Source: Zootoca vivipara (lineage: Eukaryota). From it: DNA of 64,000 bases. Below the pieces are notes generated by a model. The model saw nothing but the letters and a program-made list of their open reading frames with translations, made no database searches and was not told the DNA's origin. The stretch is from contig NC_083276.1 in NCBI RefSeq assembly GCF_963506605.1, positions 34,286,001-34,350,000 of the forward strand. Direction: 5' to 3'. Below, in pieces: positions 62,816-64,000 of this stretch (positions are counted from its first letter, which is position 1; each line of letters begins with the position of its first letter). The position numbers and the translations under genes were made by a program.

Positions 62816-63374
62816 TTGGCAAAGGCTGCTCAAGTCTCTACATGTGTTGTCTACTATGTAAATATTCTGTGTGCAAATGTCAGATGGGAGCAGATAGCAA
62901 TGACGGCCATGCAAGATCCCCCAATTCAAAAAGTCCCGCTCCATTTTGAGTACAGCCCTGACATTTCCACGCTTGAGTTTGCCTCTATTGCTAGCCAGCC
63001 TTCCCTCAATGGCGGATTTAGGAAAACACAACTGGTTCGGTCGCACTGGGTGCCAAGCCTTGGGGGCGCTGCAACTATTATGTCCAATGGAAGGCGAGAA
63101 ATGTGTGTGTATCAGATTTTGACGTCACACATGGAGCCGCTGAAATTTCAGGCACCAAGGTCTGCCGCTACCTAATTCTCCTCCCCCTCCCCAATAAAAA
63201 AAACCTTTTATTTTGAGAAAGATAACTTGTAGCATCAACAAAGGAACTGTGTTTATGTGCACAATTACAAGCATTATTTTCCATTGGGAAGCAGGGATTT
63301 TAGACAAAAACACACCACCCACTTTTTCTAGTATTTAAAATAAAAGGTTTTTTTAAAAACAAACAAACAAAAAA

Positions 63375-63477
63375 AGTTTGACCAAGCTGCGGGAGGCAGT
63401 GGAAGACAGGAGTGCCTGGCGTGCTCTGGTCCACGGGGTCACGAAGAGTCGGACGCGACTAAGCGACTAAACAACAA
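63375..63477 (+). mobile_element. Bov-B 3' fragment
   Basis: agtttgaccaagctgcgggaggcagtggaagacaggagtgcctggcgtgc...gactaaacaac. Confidence 0.93.
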
Positions 63478-63560
63478 AAATGTACTTTGTGAGGAGTCTG
63501 TCTATCACTGGAAGTGGGGCAGGCCAGTATATGGAATCCGTACTTAGAGATGTTCCTACT

Positions 63561-63719
63561 TAAAGATGGGAAGGCCTGGAAAAAAAACCTTGGGGAAAAT
63601 AATCAAACTATATAAAACTGTTTTTTCCAATTTTTCTGGGGGGAAAATGGCTTTGGAAAAAACCCGGGGGGGGGGGACCCCCATTTTCCCAGGTTTTTCC
63701 CCAGGCCTTTCCATCTCTA
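63561..63719. mobile_element. hAT MITE (TAGAGATG-type), 8-bp TSD with 1 mismatch
   Basis: TIRs taaagatgggaaggcctgg / ccaggcctttccatctcta; TSD ttcctact / tttctact. Confidence 0.8.
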
Positions 63720-64000
63720 TTTCTACTCCTTTAGATTCCTTCCAGCAAATACAATATCTCCAGAAGACTAGAAAATCATTGGGTTGATTAACAAATTCTA
63801 CTGCTGCAGCAGATATGTGCAGCATATTGTCCCTCCATGTAGATTTATGATTCCTTGTCCCCTCACCAGATTTGCTGCTATTATTCATATTTCGATTCCG
63901 CACCCCAGATTCACTTCCACCTGTAGCTTGCTGCTGTTGCTGTGATCCTTTACCTATTGCTTGTACAGCTCTTGCTTCCTAATAGTATGAATACTTTCCT

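Noticed and set aside
63008-63170. Possible hAT MITE with a CTCF-like ttgggggcgctg
   Set aside because: TIRs are weak, there is no TSD and the motif lacks the 5' half; too uncertain to call.

Overview
Vertebrate nuclear DNA, almost certainly a squamate and probably a lacertid lizard, judging by its repeats: Sauria/Squam1 and Squam3 SINEs, Bov-B and other RTE LINEs, L2, CR1, Penelope, and hAT and Tc1/mariner-pogo MITEs. I cannot support any host protein-coding exon. The only convincing ORF is the 5'-truncated Bov-B reverse transcriptase (30859-31869); the rest of the ORF track is TE-derived or chance. Five N-runs (172, 364, 252, 212 and 148 nt) sit in unique, non-repetitive sequence, and every length equals 4 modulo 8. 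That points to algorithmic hard-masking rather than assembly gaps, plausibly of highly conserved elements. Together with TE-poor, motif-rich unique stretches (CTCF, RFX, PBX/PREP, POU, SOX), this suggests a gene desert or large intron of a developmental regulator, which is inference and not demonstrated. Other items of note are a degenerate minimal hammerhead ribozyme in a Penelope fragment, a rearranged Bov-B copy, and MITEs that carry NRF1/ETS motifs or share a core under different TIRs. I found no clearly new biological system. Family names come from my recall of consensus sequences, not from a database search.
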